64,000 bases of DNA. It comes from the human T2T-CHM13v2.0 reference genome, Homo sapiens. How positions within the stretch are numbered: the stretch's first letter is position 1; each line of letters starts with the position of its first letter. Shown here in pieces: positions 48,999-64,000 of the stretch. Made by a program: the position numbers and the translations under genes. Under the pieces are notes generated by a model. That model was not told the origin of the DNA and did not search any database. It saw only the letters and a program-made list of their open reading frames with translations. The stretch lies in assembly GCF_009914755.1 (NCBI RefSeq), contig NC_060937.1; one strand, given 5' to 3'.

Positions 48999-51900
48999 AG
49001 AAAGATTATTCTCAACATATGTGTGTCTTCTAATTCAATGGTGACGCTATCTATCGGGACATAGCATTAGATTCCAAAGGGCCGAGTCCCGCCAGAAAGG
49101 CCTCCCACACTAATAACAACGGGGAGCCCTACGTTGTTTTACCTGGGCTTCTCAGCAACTGGCTATAAATCAGGTTTCCACCACTCCCAGATTTAGTTGC
49201 ATTCATTTGCTGGAAGAGCTCACAGCACTCAGGGAAACACTTACATTTGCCGTTGTATTTTAGCGGACATTGCAAAAAGTTCAGAAATAAATGTGGGGCC
49301 CGGCATGTGGGGAGGGGCGTACTACCTTCCAGGATGTGTTATCCAGAAGCTCTCTGAACCCAGTCCTTTTGGGTTTTTATGGAGACCTCATTCTATAGGC
49401 ATGATGGGTTAAACCATAGGCTATTGGTGATCAGCTCCACCTGAGGCTCTCAACCCTCCCTGGTAATTGGGGTTGAGGCTTTGCCATTCTCAGTCTGACT
49501 AAAATAATTTACCCAAACGGAATTTTAAAACAGATGAGCACAACTGGAATCTTAATTAGATGATTGGATTATCTGGAGCCACAACTTGATATTCCGAACC
49601 CGAGCACCCTCATCCAACGAATGCTCCACCCAACTGGCTCCCAAGTCTCCACGTGTTTCCAGAGGAAAAGAATGCTTATACAACGCATATCTCCACCTTT
49701 TCTTCAAAGTCTTTTCGCTTACACGGAAAGACTTCTTAAACTGCCATGCATCAGGGTCAGGGGGAGGTCTTGTTACAACACAGATCTGTGGATCTCCGGG
49801 GTTTGATGGTGGCAAGGATGCTGCTGGTGTCAAAACCACAACGTGGGAACCACAGAACCACTAGTTGGTTCTCAGTGTTTCAGTGCATACAATTCCTAAT
49901 ATATCTGGCCAAGAAAACTTGGAAGTTCTTAGATTGTCCCAAAGTTGGCGCATGAAATCAAAGTAGGAGAACAGTTTCCTACGAGGTGTAGCCTGGGAAA
50001 GTTGGGGGTGACTGACGGAAAGGAGGAGTGAAGCTCCGCACTTTCCGTTGCTAGGCTGCGCCCGAGGCTATTTAAACCCACCCTGGCTGGCCTGTACTCA
50101 GATCTTCGCGGAGCGGATCAGCGGCCGGAGCCTTTGGCGGACTCTGCGTGGACTTGGAGCTCACGGCGTCTTGCGACTTGGAAGCGGATTCAGAGGACAG
50201 GACAGAACACTTGGGCAAGTGAATCTCTGTCTGTCTCTCTGTCTGTCTGTCTGTCTGTGTGTCTGTCTCATTGGTTGGTTGATTTCCATTTTCTTAAGGG
50301 GCACATACCTCACACCGCACACACACAGACACACACACACGCACACACACGCACACACTCACACACACGCACACACACTCCTTCCTTCTGCGAGTTAGAG
50401 AATTAGTAGGGGCCCCTGGGAGCTGCAGGTTTCCTAATCATGTCTGCACCTAAGAACAGTAGGGTGTTGTCTGGCTCTTCTTATGAACGGTCCCCCAGCC
50501 TGGACTCCCCAAGTTCCATGCGAGCCTCACCCAGCTTCTCCCTCTCCCCTCTCAGAAACTCAGGCTTAAGGGGAAGCTCCTCACCAGGGATCCGGAGCTA
50601 CCATTCACCATCCCCTAGGGCTTCACCACACTCACCTCTGTCATCACCAGAATCCCACAAGCTCCCATTTCCCTGTCCTCACCGTGATGGGCAATCAATG
50701 AAGCCATCGGGCTCTCCTGTGTCCTCCTCTGAGGATTCCTCAGAGTCCCCAGGTTCATCAATAATATACCACATGTTCTTACTGCCATCACCCAGCAGCT
50801 CACCCCCAGCTCTCGGGGGGTCTCCTGTGTCTCCCAGCTACTCTCCAAACAACCCCAGATTTCAGCTGGAGTCAGCCCCCCACACCCAGGAATCACCTAC
50901 AAACTCACGAGCCTCACGGTGCTCCACCCCTGTGTCTTTCATCTCTTCACCCCCAGGCCTCAGGGACTCTCCTGTGGCTCCCAGTTACTCTCCAGCCATC
51001 CCCAGGTTCCTGCGGGAGTCAGCCCCATGCACCCAGGAGTCCCCCAGAGACTCACAGGTCTCGGGAGAATATGAGCGGTCCCCCAGCCCTGACTCCTCAA
51101 GATTCATGCCTGCCTCACCCAGCTTCTCCCTCTCCCCTCCCAGAAACTCAGACCCAAGGGGCAGCTCCTCACCAGGGATGTGGAAGTACTCTACATCATC
51201 CCGCATGGCTTCACCACTCCCACATCCATCATCAACAGAATTCCACAGCTTTACGTTTCCCTTTCCTAACCAAGCAGGACAGTCACTCTTATCATTGGGT
51301 TCTCCCGTGTCCTCCTCTGGAGATTCTTCACAGTCACCTCATTCATCAATAATATACCATATGTTCTTACTGCCATCATCCAGCAGCTCACCCCCAGCCA
51401 CCCATGACTCTCCTGTCTGTCCTAGCTACTCTCCAACCACGCCCACATTTCAGCGGGAGTCTGTACCCCACACCCCAGAAACACCTACAAACTCACAGAC
51501 CTCAGGGAGATCCTGGACAGTCTCTCTCACGTCTTCACCCCCAGCCCTTACGGACCCTCCAGTCTGTCCCAGCTACTCTCCAACCACGCCCACATTTCAG
51601 TGCGGGACAGTTCCAGGAACCCAGGGATCACCGCCAAGCCCACCACTTTCACTGAGTTACTCCCCAGTCTCTAGCACGTCTTTATCTCCAACCCTCAGGG
51701 ACTCGCCTGTCTGTCCCAGCTACTCTCCAAGCACGCCCACACTTCAGCGGGAGTCCGTTGCAGGCACCCAGAAATCACCACCAAACTCACCAATTTCACT
51801 GCGTTACTCCCCAGTCTCTCTCATGTCTTCACCATCCCTCAGGGACTCTCCCATCTGTCCCAGCTACTCTCCAACCACGCCCACATTGCAGCTGGAGTCA

Positions 51901-53480
51901 GTTCCAGGTACCCCGGAATCACCACCACACTCACCAATTTCACTCAGTTACTCCTCAGTCTCTAGGACGTCTTTATCTCCAACCCTCAGGGACTCTCCTG
52001 TGTGTCCCAGCTACTCTCCAACCACGCCCACACTTCAGCGGGAGTCAGTTCCAGGCACCCAGGAATCACCACCAAACTCACCAATTTCACTCAATTACTC
52101 TCCAGTCTCTCTCATGTCTTCACCAGCCCTCAGGGACTGGCCTGTCTGTCCCAGCTACTCTCCAAGCACGCCCACACTTCAGCGGGAGTCCGTTGAAGGC
52201 ACCCAGAAATCACCACCAAACTCACCAGTTTCACTCAGTTACTCCCCAGTCTCTCTCATGTCTTCACCATCCCTCAGGGACTCTCCCGTCTGTCCCAGCT
52301 ACTCTCCAACCTCGCCCACATTTCAGCTGGAGTGAGTTCCAGGCACCCCGGAATCACCACCAAACTCACCAGTTTCACTCAGTTACTCCCCGGTCTATCT
52401 CATGTCTTCACCCCCAGCCCTCAGGGACTCTCCTGTGTGTCCCAGCTACTCTCCAACCATGCCCAGATTTCAGCGGGAGTCAGTTCCAGGCACCCAGGTA
52501 TCACCTACAAACTCAGCAGTTTCACTGAGTTACTCCCCAGTCTCTCTCATGTCTTCACCCCCAGCACCCTGGGACTCTCCTGTCTGTCCCAGCTACTCCC
52601 CCACCACGCCCAGATTTCAGCGGGAGTCAGCCTCCCACACTCCAGAATCACCTACGGACTCACAGACTTCACTGAGGTCCTCCCTGGTCTCTCTCAGGTC
52701 TTTGCCCTCAGCCCACAGGGACTCTTGTGTCTCTTTCAGCTACTCTCAAAACTTCTCTAGATTCCAGCTGGAGTCAGTTCCAGGCACCCACGATACACCA
52801 CCGAACTCACGAATTTCACTGACTTACTCCCCAGTCTCCCTCATGTTCTCACCCCCAGCCCTCAGGGACTCTTCTGTCTCTCTCAGCTACTCTCCACCCA
52901 TCTCCAGATTTCACCTGGAGTCAGCTTCCCGCACCCAGGAATCACCTACAAACTCACGGACCTTACTGCAACCCTCCACCATTTCTTTCACCTCTTCACC
53001 CCCTGCCTTCAGGGACTCTCCTGGGTCTCCCAGCTTCTCTCCAGCCTTCCCCAGATTTCTGCCACAGTCAGCCCCAGGCACCCAGGACAACCCTAGACAC
53101 TCACAGGCCACACGAGACTATCTCCCTATGACCTGTACCTATACAGGGATGGCTCCCACGCATCCCTCAGTGACCCCAAACCCATCTCCACTTACACTCA
53201 GACACTCCCAGGGCCTGACAGCTACTCCCCGTTATTGTCCTTCAGTTCGAAGCCCTGGCCAGTCTACTAGCCCACATGACGCAGTTACCTGGCCATCACT
53301 CCACGGTTCCCGTGAGGGCCCCACACCCAGCCGCACAAGAGCCGCTCCTGCATTCCGTCCTCACACGCAGGCCTGTCCATCTACTTGCTACTGTCACACT
53401 CTTGCCAGCAGAAGAGGCCCCTGTCATGGCCGATATCACCACCCAGTCTATCCTCACCCCACAGCTGTGCAGCGGGACCC
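48999..53480 (+). repeat. ACRO1 composite unit 3 (partial, inverted)
   Basis: 48999 onward is the reverse complement of unit 1 from ~44200 downward (MER21, promoter-like region, microsatellites, ACRO1 array). Confidence 0.93.
50030..50105 (+). promoter_or_regulatory. Putative core promoter of unit 3
   Basis: TATTTAAA at 50069-50076, actcag at ~50096-50101; GC box altered (ctccgcac versus ctccgccc in unit 1). Confidence 0.45.
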
Positions 53481-53517
53481 CAAGAATCATTACTTCTTAA
53501 AATACAATTCAAATTAG
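50440..53517 (+). pseudogene. ACRO1 ORF copy 3: 631-aa ORF to TGA at 52333-52335, frame continues to the breakpoint at 53480
   Basis: ORFs 50440..52335 and 52402..53517 in frame; last residues (KNHYFLKYNSN) come from unrelated flank. Confidence 0.6.
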
Positions 53518-53584
53518 CATGAAACATTTGCAGTTTAAGGAAAGGCTTATAGCATCAGAATCCTTAATCATAGATTTCATTATT

Positions 53585-53882
53585 TTGTGTTTTTTTTTTT
53601 TTGAGATAGGGTCTTTGTCTGTCATCCAGGCAGAAGTGCAGTGATAATAATTCACTGCAGCCCTGAACTCTGGGTACAAGCCATCCTTTTGCCTCAGTAT
53701 CCCAACTAGCTGGGTCTACAGGCATGAGCCACCATGCCCAGGTAATTAAAAAATTTTTTTTTTTTGTAGAGATGGGGGTCTCACTATGTTGCTCTGGCTG
53801 ATCTCAAATTCCTGGCCTCAAGTGATCTTTCTGCCACAGCTTTTTAAAGTGCTAGGATTACAGGCATGAGCCACCATGCCTA
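53585..53882 (-). mobile_element. AluJ-like
   Basis: Reverse diverged Alu dimer. Confidence 0.9.
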
Positions 53883-54230
53883 ATATAGAGTGTAATATCA
53901 CTTTCAAAGTCTTATTCCTAGACCCATTTATTGACTTTGGCCTAAATAACTCAATATGATATCTCTGAAACTTTTTTTGACATTCTGTGGGGAATGATAA
54001 TGAAGGAAGGGGGTTAGACACTTTTTACTAGGGGATAACTTTGTGCCATTTAAGGAGGAACACAAATGAATTATCAGAAAAATAAAAGTAAAATGAAGTA
54101 CAAAAATTCTGTGGCAAAGATGATGATAGTAAATAATATATTTTATGACTCATGGTAGCTTTAACTTTGTTCTTAAAATTCTGAGTAATTTAAGGGTTCA
54201 CATTTGAAGAATCTGCTGCATTACAGATAA

Positions 54231-54713
<483 letters not shown>

Positions 54714-55212
54714 TAGTGTTTCCTCTGCCTCTCTTGTAGCAATCTGCTTTGTAGAGTTCTAGAAAAAAATGGTATCTGTTTTTTCTTTTAAATATTTAAA
54801 TTTCCATTATTAGTATAACAAAATCTATCTTTCAGAGTAATGATTCTCATTATGGAGTCATTTGATGATTAAGACCAGTTGGCATAGGAAAAAATTGTGA
54901 TTTAGAAATTATGTGATAATTATGAATTGGTCTTAAGCTACAGTGTTCATTGATCACTTTTTAAAACTATGAATGGATTCTATTACTTTTTATATGACCA
55001 GATTACATTAATACAAATCAGACTTAATTCTGAATTCAGTTATTAGTTTTGATATTGCTGAAATATTTTAAACTTCATCCTCTTTTTTAACATATTCAAA
55101 AATACTCTTTGAATCACTGACTCAAAATGAAAGGCAACAAACATAATAATTAGGTTATAATTGTTTTAAAAGTGTATTCTTTTCCTCTGTTTTAGGAACA
55201 AGCACAATATAA

Positions 55213-55494
<282 letters not shown>

Positions 55495-56745
55495 TAGAAG
55501 GAAGTGAATGCTAATTTGACAATGTAATTTTGAAAAATAATGTTAGTAAATAATTTTACCTTTAAAATGTTAGTCAAAGATAGTTTTTTCTCTCCTCTCA
55601 TTTTTTTTTTGCTTCTGTATGGCTTCCTGAAAAGTCTCATGTAATTAACCTGATCTGTTAGTTTTTTTCACTAAGTATTTTTGAAGCTTTATAATTAATG
55701 AAGTGATCTTGTTATAAAATTACTTGTCAGAATTTCCCTAAATAGAAATATTAATGTGTTTAATTTACTTTTCAGTGGATCACAACCTAAATGCAAAGTG
55801 GTACTGCTACTCTGGGCACAATTGTTTTTGATTGTGATCTTTAGTATTATCACCAGTGGGTGCCTCAAGGAAGACTATTTGTGTAACATATTCAAGATGT
55901 TACAGAAAGGCACCCTTGTGAAATAGGGAATAATTATCACAGGAATTTAAAGAAGTGTAATTCACAAAGCGGTTAAAAAATAACACCTTGTTCAGCCTGA
56001 AGGAGTGTGTGGAAGGCAGAAAGAACATGCCCCCACATCCAGGGCCTTGGTCACAGTGTTGGGGGTTAATTGCCTTCAGAGATGCTTTAGTTCTTTTTGA
56101 TCACCAACCAGACATTCTAGTTCTCCCCTAGGAGTTGTTGCTCTGAATTATTCCTCAGTGCCAAATGTTTAATTGGTCCTAGACAATGGGTGAAATGTAC
56201 AAGAGTGAAATCTAAAACTGGTTTACTAAACACAAGTATTCCTAGATTTTTTTTCGTTCATTTTAGTTTTCTTAACCTACATTAAGGAGTACAACATGAT
56301 GTTTTGATATAATTATTTCTAGTGAAGTGGTTCTTATAATCAAGCAAATCAACAGATTCATTTTCCCACATTATTACCCTTTAAATACAAGTATTTCTAA
56401 TGGAATCTTCAGAATCTTACAAGTAGAGCCATTTTAGAAGGCAGGAAGTTTTACGTGTTGAGCCATACATCACTGATAGCCATTTCTCTTCCCTGTCTAC
56501 TTTGTTTGAACTGCTTGTTCAGTAGAAATCACCTTAGAAACAATGGTGCTTCTTTAGAACGATTTTAAAATTATAATTCCTTACAACAGGTATGCTCTTA
56601 CACATCTTCTGTGTGAAAACACTATTTAGTGGGTAATTTGGTTTACTCTCAGGGTAAGTTTTTAAAAACTGCAAGTCATTAAGAATCATTTAAGGAAAAA
56701 GGAAATATTAAGCATTTGTCTTTGCTATCTTTACAGATCGAATAA

Positions 56746-56949
<204 letters not shown>

Positions 56950-57308
56950 TGACTGATGTTAGTTATATGACCATTTCTCTTTAGGGTTTCATTTCTCTAG
57001 CGTAATTCTTGTTTATAATTTGGTGAAATACTGAGTTGTTCTGTTGACTTTTGCATGTGAAGTAAAGATCATAATTAGCTGTGTTAACACAGAAAGGAAA
57101 TGGGAACGTTACATTTTTTAATTCCCTGGAGCTCTCATTTTCAAGAGATATCCATTTGCTAACTTTATTCAATAAATGTGACTAAACTGACACGTTTGAA
57201 ATGTCTTTAAAAGCTGCATTTAAGTTAGGTTTTAGAAATTGCATGTTATTGCCTGATAACTGATGATATACTTTGAGATGCTTTGGCTTACTCTCTAATT
57301 GATTGTAG

Positions 57309-58438
<1,130 letters not shown>

Positions 58439-58469
58439 GGTTTGTGCTTTCCTTACATAAGAGTACATC

Positions 58470-59620
58470 TTCTGACTATAAAAATCCTGGAAGAAAACCT
58501 AGGAAATACTCTTCTGGATATCATATTTGTCAATTAATTTATGGCTAAGTCCTCAAAAGCAATTGCAAGAATAACAAAAATTGACAAGTGTGATCTAATT
58601 TAGCTAAATAGCTTCTGCACAGCATGAGAAACTATCACGGGATTAAACAGACAGCCTAAAAGAATGGAAGAAAATATTCACAAAGTATGGATATAGCAAA
58701 CCCCTATTATCCAGAATTCATAAGAGACCTAAATAAATCAACAAGCAAAAAATAAATAAGACCATTAAAAATGGGCAAAGGACATGAACAGACAGTTCTC
58801 AAAATAACACACGTAAGTGGCCAACAAACATTAACAAATGCTTACTATTGCTAATCATCAGAAAAATGCCAAACAAAACATCAATGAGATACCATTTCAC
58901 ACCAGTCACAATGACTTTTGTTAAAAACAAATAATAAATAAAAACTTAAAAAAGGATGTTGGGGAGGCTGTGGAGAAAAGGGAACACAACCCGTTTGTGG
59001 CAATGTAAATTAATTCAGCTACTATGGAGAGCAGTTTGGAAATTAAGAACTAAGAATGACTGTTGGATGCAGCAACCCCATTACTATACTAGGGGTATAC
59101 CGAAAGGACAATAAATCATTGTAACAAAAAGATGTATACACATGTATGTTCATTGCAGCACTAGTCACAATAGCAAAGACGTGGAGTCAATCCAGGTACA
59201 TCCAAGGTAGATTGAAAATCCAAGGTAGATTGGAAAATTCCATATGTACCATGGAATACTATGCAGCCATGAAAAGAACAAAATCACGTCATTTGCAGCA
59301 ACATGAATACAGCTGGAATCCACTCTCCTAAACAAACCAACGCAGAAACAGAAACCAAATATCTCACGTTTTCACTCATGTGGGAGCTACATATTGGGTG
59401 CACGTTGTCATAAAGGTGGGAATAATAGACACTGGGAAATAAGAACGGGGAGGGACAGAGTGGGCCAGGGTTGAAAAACTACTTCTTGGGTCCTATGCTC
59501 ACAACCTGTGTGATGGGTTTAATTGTACTGCAAACCTGGGTATCCCTCAATATGCCTTTGGAAGAAACTTACAGAGGTACCACGTTAATTTAGAATACAA
59601 ACTAGAAAAAAAAAGAAAAG
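58470..59620 (+). mobile_element. Older L1 3' fragment (L1PA/L1PB-type)
   Basis: MFIAALVTIAKTW remnant; 3'UTR and A-rich end. Confidence 0.88.
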
Positions 59621-59714
59621 TTTCCTATAAGTAGAGAACAGAAATTTCTTTTTAAGATAAAATTTATTGAAGTAAAAAATGGATTAAACTTTTATAAAGG
59701 GCAGAGTTTTCTAA

Positions 59715-60071
<357 letters not shown>

Positions 60072-62474
60072 ATTGTTTAACCTTTGTATTAATAAAACAC
60101 TACCTTTCTAAAATCATGTATATGCAATAGATCAATATTAACTGCATTTTTGTCAGATTACTCTAAACAGCATTACACATATACATCCTCTGTTATCTAA
60201 ACTTAAAATAAGTAGAAATTTTATTTTATTTATGTGATTATTTTTCTATTTAAGCAAACTTCAAGTTATGTCTAGTCACTAAAAATACTAAAGGCCACAT
60301 TTTGTAAGTGATACATGATTTTCATGATAATGTTTCTTGTTTAATTTAGACATTATTATTATTTTTACTTACTTTAGATGGGGCCGGACTGTGTAGAATA
60401 AATAATTAGAGAAACAAAGAGAAGTACGTTGACAAAATTTATTAATTAAATTTAGGTTTATTTTAGAAATAAAGTGTAAATAGCAAATGGCATTCCTTTT
60501 CATTCTTGGGTTAGTAGATACTACATCAATATTTTTTTTCTTACACACATCTAATGAAAGATGTGAAAACAAAAACTTTCACAGAGAAGACTGTACTTAT
60601 GCACCAAAAATTCATCATGTTCCAAAGCTTAAACAGTTCCCAAGAAGTCTGTGCATCTCTTTTTCACTGGCTCTACACTTTCTTAAGTTTTGCCATCCTC
60701 ATGGAACTGTCAGCCAGCACACTGAAACGATTCTCAGAAAACAAAAGCATCATCAAGTTCTCAGGGTTTTGGTAGAGATTGAAGGCCAACAGACCTAAGA
60801 CTCATTCAGAAATACTTAGCTGAGCAATAACCCTTCATAAGCAGTCACTTGACAGGTGACATTTTAAATCTCCTCTAATTTACCGTGTCATTGGCTTACA
60901 CTTGTTCTCAGGAAAAGTTCCAAATTTTTCACCATGAAATAAAAACACCCATGTCAATGTAATTCTTGTCAAGTTACTCAGCCTTGTTTCTCACCACTTA
61001 CTGCACTCTGCCCTTTGCTCTAGCACCAAACTGGATGGAGTGGAACTCTGCAGGGCTCTTCTTCACCTCAGGCTCTTTGCCTTTGCCTCTTTCCTCTATC
61101 TGGGTAGCTTTTCCTTGTCCTTCAGGTATCAACCTATGTTATCTCCTCCACCAGAAAGCCCATGATATTGACATAAAAGTGGGTAGATGTCCCTTCTCTG
61201 TGTTCCCGTAGTGCCCTGCTGTATACCTGTCATGGTATCTATGACTCTATATGGACATTGCCTGCCTGTCTGTTTTTTAGGTTAGAGTTTATGACTGTTG
61301 AGAGGTGGACCATGCCATCTTCATCTTGTAATTCCAGTGCTGGTTCTAGTACCTTAGCATGTGGCTGTTGATTACATGAATGAAGACTGAAAAAGCTCTG
61401 ATATTTAAACACAATTAGAATTAATGCCATGTGTAAATTATTAAATAGTAATTTTGTATTGTAAATGCACATACATATTTCTCATTCTTATTAACTCTGA
61501 TAAAGTTCTCAAGTCTTTAGTTTTTAAACTCACACTTAGTTAACTGAAGTGTTTTAGGTAAAGAACAAAATTCTTTATTTTTCTTTCCAGCTGTTGCTGT
61601 ATTGGACACTTGCTCCCATCTACTTTCTTCTCTAGAATCCACGGGTAAGCCACATCTAATGAAGAGAATATTTAACCATAAAGTCTTAAGGAAAAATTCT
61701 ATGTTGATTTAAAAGATTATAAAACTTTATTACTGGGCTATTTACACATTTTAATTGTTTCTCATAAAATATATAACATTCCAATATTTACTGAAGTAGG
61801 ATATTTTTGTATCATATGTATGATTATAATTTATAGGGTATTTTAAATGATGTTTTTTGGCCTCCTTAAGTTTTAAGTGGATCTTGCAAATGAAAACCAG
61901 TATTATTGAGTTTGACATACTCAAATTGCCCAAATGTCAGCTGTTTAAACAACCAAGTCATCATTGATACTTTAGTAAAGGTTAGTAAAGGTCATCGAAG
62001 GCTTATTTGCATTTTACAGTTTTTATTACTTAGGAGAGTTAAGGAGTACCTGCCAGGTTTGTCCATGCTAATGTTACAATTTTCTTTTTGTAGTTCAACC
62101 GTATTTTGTATGGAGATACTTTGAGGCTCTGTAAATATCTGGTTACTCCTCAGAACCCACTAGATTTAGCATTTCATGGATGACTTGTGTTTGAACAATT
62201 ATTACTATGATGGTTACCAGATGATTATTTTCTTATTCTCTTCTTTGTTCTACATGGAGAAATAAAACCAATAAATAGGGGAGAAGGAAAGCTCATGACT
62301 CTGATGCTCCAATTCCCCAAGATTAGGCCAGTAGTAGACATTCCAAGCTGACTTTATGTCTCTTTGATTTGTCTCCATTACTCTGTCGGCACTTTTTTAC
62401 TTTCTGGCAGAAGATGTTCTAAGCTCAGCTTGTATTTTCTCTGCGCCAGCTCTGGAATGAGTCATTTTTTTTAG

Positions 62475-62505
62475 AAGCAGAGGTGGAGCCACTGAGGAAG
62501 CACAG
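62475..62505 (+). other. Putative small exon
   Basis: ttttttttAG|AAGCAGAGG...CACAG|GTGAGC strong splice signals only. Confidence 0.35.
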
Positions 62506-63034
62506 GTGAGCCCTCCCCAGTATGTACTCACTGGTCCCCAACAGAAGAACCACTGCCACATCCACTGAGGTACCAAGAAACTAGCAAAGGGCCTTCTGGC
62601 TGTCTGGAGAGAGTCCTCATGTGGTCCCTGGCTGTCTCAGAGGTTCTGGATTAGTCTTCCTGTAGGCTCTGTGTTGTGTCTTTAGATCGGGGCTCTGTGG
62701 GAAGGGCCCTGAGAGACCCAACAGCACAGCGTGCCTTATCTGCCAAATGTCCCTCCCTTCCTCACACTCTGACACTCAGGAATAGGGTAGATGGTGTGTC
62801 CAGGCAGTGTCAGGCCACCTCACTTTCTCCTTTGAGATGGGCCCAGAGGGCCTTTGGGGTGAGTGTGGAGCTGGGAACCTGGAGCCTGAGGCCAGCTGTC
62901 TCTCCCTGTGTCTTGGAGGAAAGGCCATGTCCCAAAAAAAACCCCAGGGCCTGACCTCTGGGCACACATGCAGGGAGGGAGGGTCTATGAGCTGAGGGGG
63001 ACATTGTAATGAGACTTTGCACCCCGTTGCTCCG

Positions 63035-63655
63035 GGGCCTGGTCAGTGGACCATGGTCAGAGATGACCTGGTCATCAGGACCTAGTCATGTGGGACCTGA
63101 TCAGCAGGGGCCTGGTTAGTGGCAGCCTCCTCAGTAAAGGCCTCATCAGTGGGGACCTGGTGACCTAGTCATTGGAAGCCTGGTCAGTGGGGGGACCTAG
63201 TCAGTGGTGGCTTTATTAGTGGGGCCTGATCAGTTGGAACATAAACAATGAAAAACTGGTTGGTGGGGCATACACAATATATCACCGGCCTGGTCAGTGT
63301 GGGGCCTTAGTGGCTTGGAGCCTGGTCAGTGAAGGCCTGGTCAGAGGGGGCTCGGTCAGCTGGGTACTCGTTCATGGAGAATTGTTCAGTGGGGGGTCGG
63401 GTGAGCAGCAACCTGGTAAATTGTGGTCTTGTCAGTGGGAACCCGGTCTTGTCAATGGGGACCAGGTCAGTGGAAAATTGGTCAGTGGGGTCTGGCCCAT
63501 GAATCCTATTAAGTGTGGGCCTGGTTAGGAAGACATGGTCAGTGGGGACTTGATCAGTGGGACCTGGTCAATGGAGGAGTGGTCATTAGGGGCCTCATCA
63601 CTCATCACTGGGAACCTGGTCAGGGGCAGTTGGTCAGTACCTGGCCTGCTGGCCA
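63035..63655. repeat. Degenerate G-rich ~16-17-bp tandem repeat (gg(g/a)cctggtcagtgg)
   Basis: cctggtcagtgggg motif recurs dozens of times. Confidence 0.8.
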
Positions 63656-64000
63656 CTATGTGACCTCAGGCAGGGGGGTTGTCTGTGGAGCCTCCTTGCC
63701 TCCATCTGCAGGGAAAGTGAGTCGGGGCACCCTGGAGGGTGGCTGGAAAGAGAAGGTGAGAAGATGTGTTGAATCCAATACTGCTTGGCAGACCTACAAC
63801 TTTACAAATGACCTGTGTTCCACCTAGAGAGGGTGCCAGCCCTCTCAGCATTATGCAGTGCCCCTTTTCTGTCTGCATCCCCAGGACCACCATGGGTGGG
63901 GAGGGCAGAGATTGGGGAGCACCTATAGAGGCTCTAATGCTCTAAGGTGACAGTGATGAGGACCTGGATGCACCCATGAGTGGAGAAGCTAGGCCTGTCC

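Overview
Primate (human or great-ape) repeat-dense DNA with the mosaic architecture of a subtelomeric/pericentromeric segmental duplication; no conventional intact gene is recognisable. In order: ERV-like internal sequence containing a 35-bp VNTR; a dead L1PA (minus strand) cut in its 5'UTR and joined to a ~2.9-kb SATR-type satellite; an older L1 with a MER50-like solo LTR; an Alu-rich stretch with two copies of the first coding exon of GTF2I/GTF2IRD2; a GC-rich ~300-bp tandem repeat bracketed by a duplicated L1 segment; a fossil telomere (degenerate CCCTAA tract + TAR1) running into a gamma-satellite (GSATII-like) array; three copies of the ~6.2-kb ACRO1 composite unit, the third inverted so that ~2.8-3.0-kb arms form an inverted repeat; and 3' exons of an ANKRD18/ANKRD20A-type pseudogene. 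The most notable signal is that the ACRO1 'satellite' looks like a gene: GC box + TATA + initiator-like sequence, then a stop-free 944-codon Ser/Pro/Thr-rich ORF built of 144/147-bp monomers with YSPTTPT motifs. Repeat family names are from recall of consensus sequences, not a database search, and repeat boundaries are approximate.
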